This document shows positions 56,407-64,000 of a DNA stretch of 64,000 bases, in pieces (within the stretch, counting starts at the first letter, position 1; the number at the start of each line of letters is the position of its first letter). The notes below the pieces were generated by a model that had not been told where the DNA came from, ran no database searches, and worked only from the letters and a program-made list of their open reading frames with translations. The position numbers and the translations under genes were made by a program. Origin of the DNA: Tepidisphaera sp. (lineage in GTDB: Bacteria; Planctomycetota; Phycisphaerae; Phycisphaerales; UBA1924); contig CP051526.1 of the NCBI GenBank assembly GCA_050916045.1, positions 2,784,001 through 2,848,000 of the forward strand. Reading direction: 5' to 3'.

Positions 56407-56925
56407 GCTGCGGGCGGCGGATCCCCAAGACGTGCGTGCTTGAGAACCGGGCCATGTGGAACGCGATCTGCGGACCTTCGTAGTTCAAGCGGCCAGTACT
56501 GGGGGCTTGCGCACGAGTGAAACGAAAAATCCTCGGCTCACGCGGGCACTTTGGAGACGTTCACGCGGCCGCGCGGTACTCCCCTCATCCAGTACCTAGG
56601 CCGGGGGGTCGGTGTGGCCCCACGTTGCCAACCACGCCCCGGCGTTGGCCCGCTGAGCCGCGACGGCGATCGCGTCGATCAACGGGGCCACCCGCTCGTC
56701 GGCGGCCACGGCGGCGCGGTGGTTCGCGGCGTCGGGGTGGTGCGCGTGCATGTGGTTGTAGAAGGCGAGGACGGCGGCCTGGCTTTGGTCGTCGCACATC
56801 AGGCGTTCGAACGCGGCGTCGGCCTCGGTGCTGTGTTGACGCGTGCGCACGACGCCCATGCGGCCTTCAGGATCCGCCACGCGGCCTGCGATGTTCTTCA
56901 TGGTGCTCCCCCCGACCTGCCGCCG

Positions 56926-58407
56926 CTAGCAACCCGCTTCAAATGCCGCCACAAATTCGTCGTAGTCGAAGAAGTCTATGAAGCCGTCCCCGTTGAAATC
57001 CGCACGGCTACCCCCCGACTCAAAGTCGTTCACAAACTCGTCGTAGTCAAAGAAGTCGAGGAAGTCGTCGCAGTTCACATCCGTTCGGCAGATCGTCAGG
57101 GTCACGGGGCTACTGATGGTCGCTCCGCACGCCCCCGCCACCGCCGTGACGACGCAGCGAAACCTCCGCCCGGAAGCGGCCGGATCCATCGACGAGATCC
57201 GCATCGTGGATTCCTGAGCGCCAGCCACCGCGCCCAGCCCGGGCGTGAGGCCCCCGGTCACGTCCGACCATTCGGCCGGCTCGCCTTCGACCTGCCAGTT
57301 GAAGAGGAATTGACCGGTACCTGCGACCTCGACCGAGAGCACCGCAGTCCCCGCCGGACATTTGAGAAGGTCGCCCGATTGCGATGCAAGCCTTGGCGGG
57401 CCGGTAAAGCTCCAAAAATCCCTGAACGCTCCCTGAGCATTCGCTCCGCCGAAAAAGAGCACCCTCGCACCGTCCGGGTCGTACGCCGCGAATGCCGCCG
57501 CACGCGGGGACGGCCCCGGCGCTTCTGCCTCCGCCCACCTCGTGCCGTCCCATTCCCACGTGTCGCGGTGGTAGACGGTGGGATTGCCGTCGGTAAAGCC
57601 GCCAAAGAGCAACACCGTGCCGCGTGCGCCGTTGTACGTCATGGTGTAACCCCGCCGTGGCGACGGCCCGGTGGTCGCCCTCAGAGACCACGCGGCTCCG
57701 TCCCACTCCCATGTGTCGTTGCGCTGCTGTCCAGGCAGGTCGCCCCCGCCGCCAAACATGACGGTGCGTTGGCGAACGGGGTCATACGCGGCGTGCATGT
57801 ACCCCCGAGCGGCAGGCCCGGTCTGGGACACTCTGGCCCAGCTATTTGATTGCGGGTCGTACTCCCACGTGTCGCCGTAGAAATAATTGGGCCTCACGCC
57901 GCCGAAAATGACGACCCGATCTCTCGCTTCGTCATACGCCGCCGCCATGGCATCGCGCACTTCGGGTGGCGTCCCGGTTGGAAACAACTGAGTCCACACG
58001 CCACCATCCCACGCCCACAGATCGTTTCTCGAGACGGTGTCAAACCCGCCGAACAACAGCACGCGACCGCGACGGGCGTCAAAGACCAATCCATTTGAGC
58101 GCCGTGCGCTTGGCCCGTTCGTTGCCGCCAGCGCCCACTCACCCTGCCCAAACTCCCACGTTTCACGGGTATTCTGCGAAGTGAACCCTCCGAACAGCAC
58201 AAATCGCGAGCGAGCTGAATCGAAGACCCCCTGGCCCCACCGGGCGGTGAGCGACGCGGGAGGCGACGGGAGAGCGTCCCAGACGGGGGATGTGCACTGT
58301 GCCTGCGACATCGAGGCGACGCTCAAGGCCGACACCACCCATGCGGTCGGTAACGCACGGATTGCGGCGTCAAGGAGAAGACCAGCTGACTGACTGTTGT
58401 ATGGCAT
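56926..58407 (-). CDS. Secreted Kelch-repeat protein with Ig-like and GC-type dockerin-like C-terminus
   Basis: Repeated VLFGG...DTWEW; C-terminal DFNGDGFIDFFDYDEFVAAFEAGC. Confidence 0.85.
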   Translation of the reverse strand: MPYNSQSAGLLLDAAIRALPTAWVVSALSVASMSQAQCTSPVWDALPSPPASLTARWGQGVFDSARSRFVLFGGFTSQNTRETWEFGQGEWALAATNGPSARRSNGLVFDARRGRVLLFGGFDTVSRNDLWAWDGGVWTQLFPTGTPPEVRDAMAAAYDEARDRVVIFGGVRPNYFYGDTWEYDPQSNSWARVSQTGPAARGYMHAAYDPVRQRTVMFGGGGDLPGQQRNDTWEWDGAAWSLRATTGPSPRRGYTMTYNGARGTVLLFGGFTDGNPTVYHRDTWEWDGTRWAEAEAPGPSPRAAAFAAYDPDGARVLFFGGANAQGAFRDFWSFTGPPRLASQSGDLLKCPAGTAVLSVEVAGTGQFLFNWQVEGEPAEWSDVTGGLTPGLGAVAGAQESTMRISSMDPAASGRRFRCVVTAVAGACGATISSPVTLTICRTDVNCDDFLDFFDYDEFVNDFESGGSRADFNGDGFIDFFDYDEFVAAFEAGC

Positions 58408-58617
58408 GTCGTATCCTCCTCGGGGAGTATACACGGAACCGGCCGCTCGCGCGCACCCGCTTTGCTTTCCAAAGCGACTGTCGTTACCGCCCGCCGTCGA
58501 GCTTGACGATCTGCAGCCGCGCCCAGTCCTTCCACGCGTCCGTCTCGCCGCGTGTGGCGATCTCGGAGAGATTGGCACGGACTTCAGCGCGAGAATCGGG
58601 GTCGCGATCGGGAAGCG

Positions 58618-58789
58618 CGACGACGTGGCGCTCGACCCGCTCGCATCCGTTCACCCGAACGTCGGAGAGTCGAAGTCGAATCCCGACGCGCACCGGTTTC
58701 TCCTGGGCGCTCACCTCTTCGCAGGAAGGTGGGTTGAGGCGAACCGGGAGCGGTACGAGGACGTGTGGGCGGCAAACATCCCGTCTTGA
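58618..58789 (+). pseudogene. Degenerate 3' fragment of the prophage GT32 gene
   Basis: DDVALDPLASVHPNVGESKSNPDAHRFLLGAHLFAGRWVEANRERY versus DDVALYPPAYFHPTVGESKSNPDAPLFLKAAHLFAGTWVEENRERY at ~11500-11640. Confidence 0.85.
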
Positions 58790-58926
58790 CGTGAAAGTGC
58801 ACACCGCCGCACAACGGTTGGCATGGCAAACACCCATGCTCAAGACACCGTTAAGGCCGCTAACTATTTCTGCCGCATAGGTGCCACAACGATGCACCGA
58901 CTCAACTCCAAGAGCCTGACGTCCCC

Positions 58927-59736
58927 TCACGATTGCAATCGATCCGCTGACTCCTTGTCGTCGAGTCGCGGCTCGGCCAGCCGGTAGCCCAGGCCGGGCT
59001 CGGTAATGACGAAACGCGGCTGAGCCGGATCGGCTTCGAGCTTCTTTCGGAGTTCGCCGGCGTACACGCGGAGGTACTGCACGTCGCTGGTGTGTTGCGG
59101 GCCCCATACTTCCTTGAGGACCATCTGGTGCGTAAGCACCTTGCCCGCATGCTTAGCGAGGAACGCCAGGAGCTTGAACTCCATGGGTGTGAGGCGGACT
59201 TCGCGGCGTCCGTTGGCATCGGTGACGTGCACGAGCCGCGCGACGGGATCTACTCGCAGCGTGCGTCCATCGATGGTGGCTTCGTAGGGCTTCGGTTCGC
59301 CGCTCGCGCTTCGAGAACCCGCCAGAGCGGAGTGCCGCAGCGCGACTCGGATGCGGGCGAGCAGTTCGCCGACGCCGAAGGGCTTGGTGAGATAGTCGTC
59401 CGCGCCGGCGTCGAGCGCTGCGACCTTGTCGCTCTCCTGTCCGCGGGCCGAGAGCACGACAATCGGCACGGACGATTCTTTGCGGATGGTCTTGGTGACC
59501 TGCAGACCGTCGCCGTCAGGAAGACCGAGATCGAGCAGGATGAGGTCGGGGCGGATAGTGACGGCTTGGAGCACGCCGTCGCGAGCGGTGCTGCATTCTT
59601 TGACTCGGAAGTGGTTCGCTTCGAGCGTGGCTCGGAGGAACCGACGGATCGGCTCCTCGTCCTCGATGATGAGGATGAGCGGGGCGTGCCCGGAAGGTGG
59701 TATCGCCGTCGTGGGGGTTGCGCGTGCTTCGCTCAT
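58927..59736 (-). CDS. kdpE: Response regulator KdpE
   Basis: IEDE, LLDLGLPDGDG, DDYLTKPF, YLRVY...LRKKLE; follows kdpD. Confidence 0.92.
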   Translation of the reverse strand: MSEARATPTTAIPPSGHAPLILIIEDEEPIRRFLRATLEANHFRVKECSTARDGVLQAVTIRPDLILLDLGLPDGDGLQVTKTIRKESSVPIVVLSARGQESDKVAALDAGADDYLTKPFGVGELLARIRVALRHSALAGSRSASGEPKPYEATIDGRTLRVDPVARLVHVTDANGRREVRLTPMEFKLLAFLAKHAGKVLTHQMVLKEVWGPQHTSDVQYLRVYAGELRKKLEADPAQPRFVITEPGLGYRLAEPRLDDKESADRLQS

Positions 59737-62657
59737 ACGGCACCTCCCGGTGCACGAGTCGGTTCGGCCAGTTCACTCGGCATGGAAGGTTGTGGTTGCT
59801 CGACAGGTAGCGAGAACATGAACGCGACGCCACGCGGCGTGTGCGGCTCCGCCCAGATGCGACCGTCGTGAGCCCGGATGATGCCCTCGCAGATGGTGAG
59901 CCCGAGCCCCATGCCAGTGCTCGAAGGAGAGATGCCACCCGCTGCCGGGGAAGACTTTGATGCACGCCCGCGATAAAAGCGCTGGAAGACCTTGGCGGCC
60001 TCGTCGTCAGAAAGTCCCGGCCCTTCATCGGACACTTTCACGATCACCTGCGCATCGGCCGTCCACGCACTCACCGAGATCGGCGTACCGGGGGGCGTGT
60101 AGCGGAGGGCATTCTCGATCAGGTTGTGCACAACCTGCGGGAGCATGGCGTTGTCAACTCGGACCATCGGCAGGTCGGTGGGCAGATGCACACGGAAGGG
60201 ACGCGAGGCCAAGTCCTCGCGGTGGCGAGCCAAACCGACGCCGATGATCTCTTCGAGCGTGGTCCACTCGCGGTTCAGAGCGATGGTGCCCGATTCCAAT
60301 CGGGTGGCGAACACAAGGTTGGCGATGATGTCGTTGAGGCGTGAGGATTCGTCGATGATGGTGCGGAGCAGCGAAGCTCTGGTGCCTGCATCCAGTCCTT
60401 GGGAAGCCGTGCTGCCCCCCCCACCCCCGTCCGCCTCATTCGTGCCCGCCGATTGCTCAAGCGTGCTGGCGGCTCCGGTGATGCTAGCCAGCGGTGTTCG
60501 CAGGTCGTGCGATACCGAACTCAGCAGGGCGCTGCGCAGCCGCTCGCGCTCAGCTTCAAGCTTCGCGGCCTGCTGCGATTCACTCAGCGATACGCGCTCC
60601 AAAGCCGAGGCGATCTGACTCGTCAGTGCATCAATTAAGAGGAGACTCGAAGCATCGAAGACTCTGACGGGTTTGGTGCTCGCGTGATCCTCAACCGGAC
60701 GCAGCCCAAGAATCCCGAGCTTGCCGCTCGTACCGACGAGCGGCACGTACCGACCCGCCGAGGCCGGGAGTTTTTGCGTGCCCAGACCCGCGGGCTTGCC
60801 GTGGTCGAGTGCCCATTGTGCGACGCCCCGTTCGCGTCCGCCAGCATCTTCGAACCAGTCCGGCGCTCCGCCAAAGGCGAGCACATCGAGTGCCGAGGTG
60901 GACTTGCCATGTGCAGGAACGGCAACGACGACATCGACGCCGAGCAGGTCGTGGGTGTGCCTTGCGGCGACGGCGGCAACATCGCGGATGCCCTGCGCTG
61001 CCGCGAGCTCTCGCGACAGGGCGTAGAGTGCGGCGGTCTGTCGTTCGCGGTCCCGTGCGGAGCGGGCTTGTTCTCGCGTCCGCGCGGCGAGCGTTCCCAC
61101 GATCAGCCCCACCGAGAGCATGACGCCGAAGGTCAGCAGGTACGTCGGGTCGTTGACGGACAGCGAGAATCGCGGTTCGGTGAAGAAGAAGTTGAACGCG
61201 AGCACGGACAGCACGCTGGCGAACGTGGCAGGCCCCCGCCCGCACCAGATCGCACAGACAACGATGCCGCCGAGAAGGATCAGGGCCTCCTCGGAGAGGT
61301 CCGGCGGCTGATAGAACGCCAGCGCGACCAAGGACGTCGCGGCGACGATGAGAAAGGCTCCGCCGAACCTGGTGATTTGCGATCCCCAGGAGCGAGACGA
61401 CGATCCAAGTCCCCGCCCGCTGCCAGACTGCGGCTGCTCAAGCTCTCCGGCCCGTCCGCGTGCTCCACTCCCCGAGTCATCACCACGAACCACGTAGATA
61501 TCAATGTCCCCGCTCTCGCGGATCAGGTTGTCGATGAACGAGCCGAACAGCAGCTCCTTCCAGCGTGGGCGCTCGGTCTTGCCAACCACGATCTTGCCGA
61601 CGTTTCGAGACCGGGCAAAGGCGATCAACTCACGGGCCGCGTTCTGGCCGGCAAGCGTCGTCGTCGTCGCTCCGAGGCTCTCGGCAAGCCGCATGTTCTG
61701 TGTCAGCCGCTCACGGTCGCTACCGGAGAAATCAGCGGTGCGCGGCGTTTCGACGTAGACCGCGAGCAGGTCGGCATGCAAGCCAGCCGCCATGCGTTTG
61801 GCGGCCCGGATGAGCTTGCCCGACATCGGGCTGGGGCTCACAGCGACGACGATGCGCTCGCCCGCAGCCCAGACGGCACGGATGCCGCGGTCCTGCTTGT
61901 ATCGCCGGAGTTCGGAGTCCACCCACGCGGCCGTGCGTCGGAGCGCCAGTTCGCGAAGTGCGGTGAGATTGCCTTTGCGGAAGAAGCCGTCGCTTGGGTC
62001 CACCGTCCGCGCGGCGTTGTCGCCGAGGTAGACCTTGCCCGCACGGAGCCGCTCGTGGAGCACCTCGGTGGGCAGGTCGACCAGTTCGACCTCGTCGGCC
62101 TCGTCGAAGATCGAGTCCGGTACCGTCTCGCGCACCGGCACGCCGGTGATCTGCGTCACGACATCGTTGATCGATTCCAGATGCTGGACGTTGAGCGTCG
62201 TGTAGACGTTCACGCCCGCCTTGAGGCACTCCCGCACATCCTGCCAGCGCTTCTCACGCCCCCCCGCCGAGCCGGGAGCGTTGGTGTGCGCGAGTTCATC
62301 GACGAGCAGGATGTCCGGCCGGCGGAGGATCGCGGCTTCCGCATCAAACTCGTGCAGCGTGGTTCCGGAGTATTCGACCATCTTCCGAGGCAAGATGTCG
62401 AGCCCCAGCAGCATCTGCTCGGTCTCGACGCGCCCGTGGGTCTCAACGATGCCCGCAACCACATCGACGCCCTGGGCCGCCATACGCTGCGCCGCGGCGA
62501 GCATGGCGTATGTCTTTCCGACGCCGGGGGCCATGCCGAAGAAGATCTTGAGCTTGCCGCGGGCGGGTCCGTTCACGCTGTCCCCAACGCCCGCGCGTGC
62601 CTCCTCCCGCTGGATGCGGGCAAGGAGTTCGGCGGGATCGGGACGAGAGTCAGGCAT
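59733..62657 (-). CDS. kdpD: Sensor histidine kinase KdpD
   Basis: GKLKIFFGMAPGVGKTYAML, VDELAHTN, Usp-like region, TM bundle, SHDLRTPL. Confidence 0.96.
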   Translation of the reverse strand: MPDSRPDPAELLARIQREEARAGVGDSVNGPARGKLKIFFGMAPGVGKTYAMLAAAQRMAAQGVDVVAGIVETHGRVETEQMLLGLDILPRKMVEYSGTTLHEFDAEAAILRRPDILLVDELAHTNAPGSAGGREKRWQDVRECLKAGVNVYTTLNVQHLESINDVVTQITGVPVRETVPDSIFDEADEVELVDLPTEVLHERLRAGKVYLGDNAARTVDPSDGFFRKGNLTALRELALRRTAAWVDSELRRYKQDRGIRAVWAAGERIVVAVSPSPMSGKLIRAAKRMAAGLHADLLAVYVETPRTADFSGSDRERLTQNMRLAESLGATTTTLAGQNAARELIAFARSRNVGKIVVGKTERPRWKELLFGSFIDNLIRESGDIDIYVVRGDDSGSGARGRAGELEQPQSGSGRGLGSSSRSWGSQITRFGGAFLIVAATSLVALAFYQPPDLSEEALILLGGIVVCAIWCGRGPATFASVLSVLAFNFFFTEPRFSLSVNDPTYLLTFGVMLSVGLIVGTLAARTREQARSARDRERQTAALYALSRELAAAQGIRDVAAVAARHTHDLLGVDVVVAVPAHGKSTSALDVLAFGGAPDWFEDAGGRERGVAQWALDHGKPAGLGTQKLPASAGRYVPLVGTSGKLGILGLRPVEDHASTKPVRVFDASSLLLIDALTSQIASALERVSLSESQQAAKLEAERERLRSALLSSVSHDLRTPLASITGAASTLEQSAGTNEADGGGGGSTASQGLDAGTRASLLRTIIDESSRLNDIIANLVFATRLESGTIALNREWTTLEEIIGVGLARHREDLASRPFRVHLPTDLPMVRVDNAMLPQVVHNLIENALRYTPPGTPISVSAWTADAQVIVKVSDEGPGLSDDEAAKVFQRFYRGRASKSSPAAGGISPSSTGMGLGLTICEGIIRAHDGRIWAEPHTPRGVAFMFSLPVEQPQPSMPSELAEPTRAPGGAV

Positions 62658-62686
62658 GAGTACATCGTAAGGGCCAGCTCGCGTAC

Positions 62687-63328
62687 TTACCGGTGCTGCT
62701 GGTTGAGGTCAAGGTTGAGTGCGAGCACGTTCACCACCGGCTCGCCCAGCACACCCAGGGTGCGGCCGGTGCTGTGCTTGGTGACGAGCGACCGCACGGC
62801 TTCCTCGCTCATGCCACGCGCCTTGGCGATGCGGGGCACCTGGTATTCAGCAGCCGCGGGTGAGATGTGCGGGTCCAAGCCACTGGCCGAGGACGTGACG
62901 AGATCAACGGGGATCGGTTGGGCGGCGGCTCGTGCGTATCCGACGGAGGAGTCCGCGGCGGCAAGGGCGTCGACTCGGGCCTTCACATTATCGATGAGCG
63001 CCGGGTTGGTCGGGGCGAGGTTGCTGCCCGATGACCCCGTGCCCTTGTCCAAGTTCAAAGCGGTGTAGGGAACCGGACCGGTGGCGCTGGTGCGGCCCCA
63101 GAACCACTTGGCGGCATCCTTTGGATCGCCAGCAGAGAAGTCCTGACCGATGAGTTCGGAGCCGATGGCCTTGCCATCCTTGCCGGTGACGATCGAGCCG
63201 TTGGCCTTGTCGGCGAACACGACCTGGGCGATGCCGGTGATCACGAGCGGATAGACCATGCCGGTGATGAGCGAGAGGATGGCGAAGAGGACGAGGGCGG
63301 GGCGGAGGATGGGGGGGTGGGTGAGCAT
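62687..63328 (-). CDS. kdpC: K+-transporting ATPase subunit C
   Basis: [36 protein letters not shown]. Confidence 0.96.
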   Translation of the reverse strand: MLTHPPILRPALVLFAILSLITGMVYPLVITGIAQVVFADKANGSIVTGKDGKAIGSELIGQDFSAGDPKDAAKWFWGRTSATGPVPYTALNLDKGTGSSGSNLAPTNPALIDNVKARVDALAAADSSVGYARAAAQPIPVDLVTSSASGLDPHISPAAAEYQVPRIAKARGMSEEAVRSLVTKHSTGRTLGVLGEPVVNVLALNLDLNQQHR

Positions 63329-63331
63329 GGG

Positions 63332-64000
63332 TTAGTTCCAGACGGGCAGGAGGTTGACGAGCATGTCAATAGCCTTGATGCCGATGAACGGCACGATGAG
63401 CCCGCCAACGCCGTAGACGAGCAGGTTGTGCAGCAGCAGCTTGCTCGCCTCGACCGGGCGATACTTCACGCCTCGGAGGGCGAGCGGGATGAGCACGACA
63501 ATGACCAGCGCGTTGAAGATGACGCTGGAGAGGATCGCGGTCGCGGGGTTGAGCCGCATGATGTTGAGCGCGTCGAGCGCGGGGTAGGTGCTGGCGAATG
63601 CGGCCGGGATGATGGCGAAGTACTTGGCCACGTCGTTGGCGATGCTGAAGGTCGTCAGCGAGCCGCGGGTCATCAGGAGCTGCTTGCCGATCTGCACGAT
63701 CTCGATGAGCTTCGTGGGGTTCGAGTCGAGGTCCACCATGTTGCCCGCTTCTTTCGCGGCCTGCGTGCCCGAGTTCATCGCGACGGCCACGTCGGCCTGT
63801 GCGAGCGCGGGAGCGTCGTTGGTGCCGTCGCCGGTCATGGCGACGAGGCGGCCGCCCTGCTGATACTCGCGGATGAGCTTGAGCTTCGCCTCGGGCGTGG
63901 CCTGAGCGAGGAAGTCGTCGACGCCGGCTTCCGCGGCGATCGCGGCGGCGGTCACAGGGTTGTCGCCGGTGATCATGACGGTCTTGATGCCCATGCGGCG
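63332..64000 (-). CDS. kdpB: K+-transporting ATPase subunit B, C-terminal part
   Basis: [36 protein letters not shown]. Confidence 0.96.
   Translation of the reverse strand, partial: RRMGIKTVMITGDNPVTAAAIAAEAGVDDFLAQATPEAKLKLIREYQQGGRLVAMTGDGTNDAPALAQADVAVAMNSGTQAAKEAGNMVDLDSNPTKLIEIVQIGKQLLMTRGSLTTFSIANDVAKYFAIIPAAFASTYPALDALNIMRLNPATAILSSVIFNALVIVVLIPLALRGVKYRPVEASKLLLHNLLVYGVGGLIVPFIGIKAIDMLVNLLPVWN

Noticed and set aside
56596..56901. 101-aa minus-strand ORF
   Set aside because: May be a gene fragment, but no recognisable motif; not called.
58927..64000. kdp operon as a novelty
   Set aside because: Canonical kdpBCDE order and motifs.

Overview
GC-rich bacterial window, probably a planctomycete of the Phycisphaerales. 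The GC-type dockerin tail, the VPxPG sorting signal and the element gene set suggest this; it is inference, not a database result. The window reads as an integration hotspot of tandem, related prophage-like elements that ends at a kdpB'CDE operon. (1) 1-11.7 kb: siphovirus-like tail operon whose last five coupled genes are a SAM methyltransferase, a DUF115/Maf-like transferase, a Ser/Gly/Thr-rich protein with an internal Hint domain, and two GT32 glycosyltransferases. This is a candidate virion glycosylation/self-processing module. (2) 11.7-26 kb: defence cargo (SNF2 helicase, DUF4391, type III Mod/Res, GIY-YIG, RecD-like helicase-nuclease). (3) 27-39 kb: a TPR/GrpE-like/Hsp70 triad and a five-gene GT4-radical SAM operon made largely of unusual fusions. 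(4) 39-49.4 kb: left arm of a second element (DUF2924, large serine recombinase, TA pair, sigma-70-like factor) whose AAA_24 ATPase runs in frame into an Rhs tip-Hint-toxin followed by an immunity gene. (5) 49.6-58.8 kb: IS remnant, GNAT TA pair, Fic, secreted proteins and debris of a third element. Non-coding signals: a diverged ~255-bp att-like repeat (27.0 and 50.7 kb), an exact 23-bp promoter-like repeat (39.2 and 46.0 kb), and operator palindromes upstream of fic and the GNAT TA pair. No rRNA, intact tRNA or CRISPR array was seen. All product calls come from motif recognition by eye.
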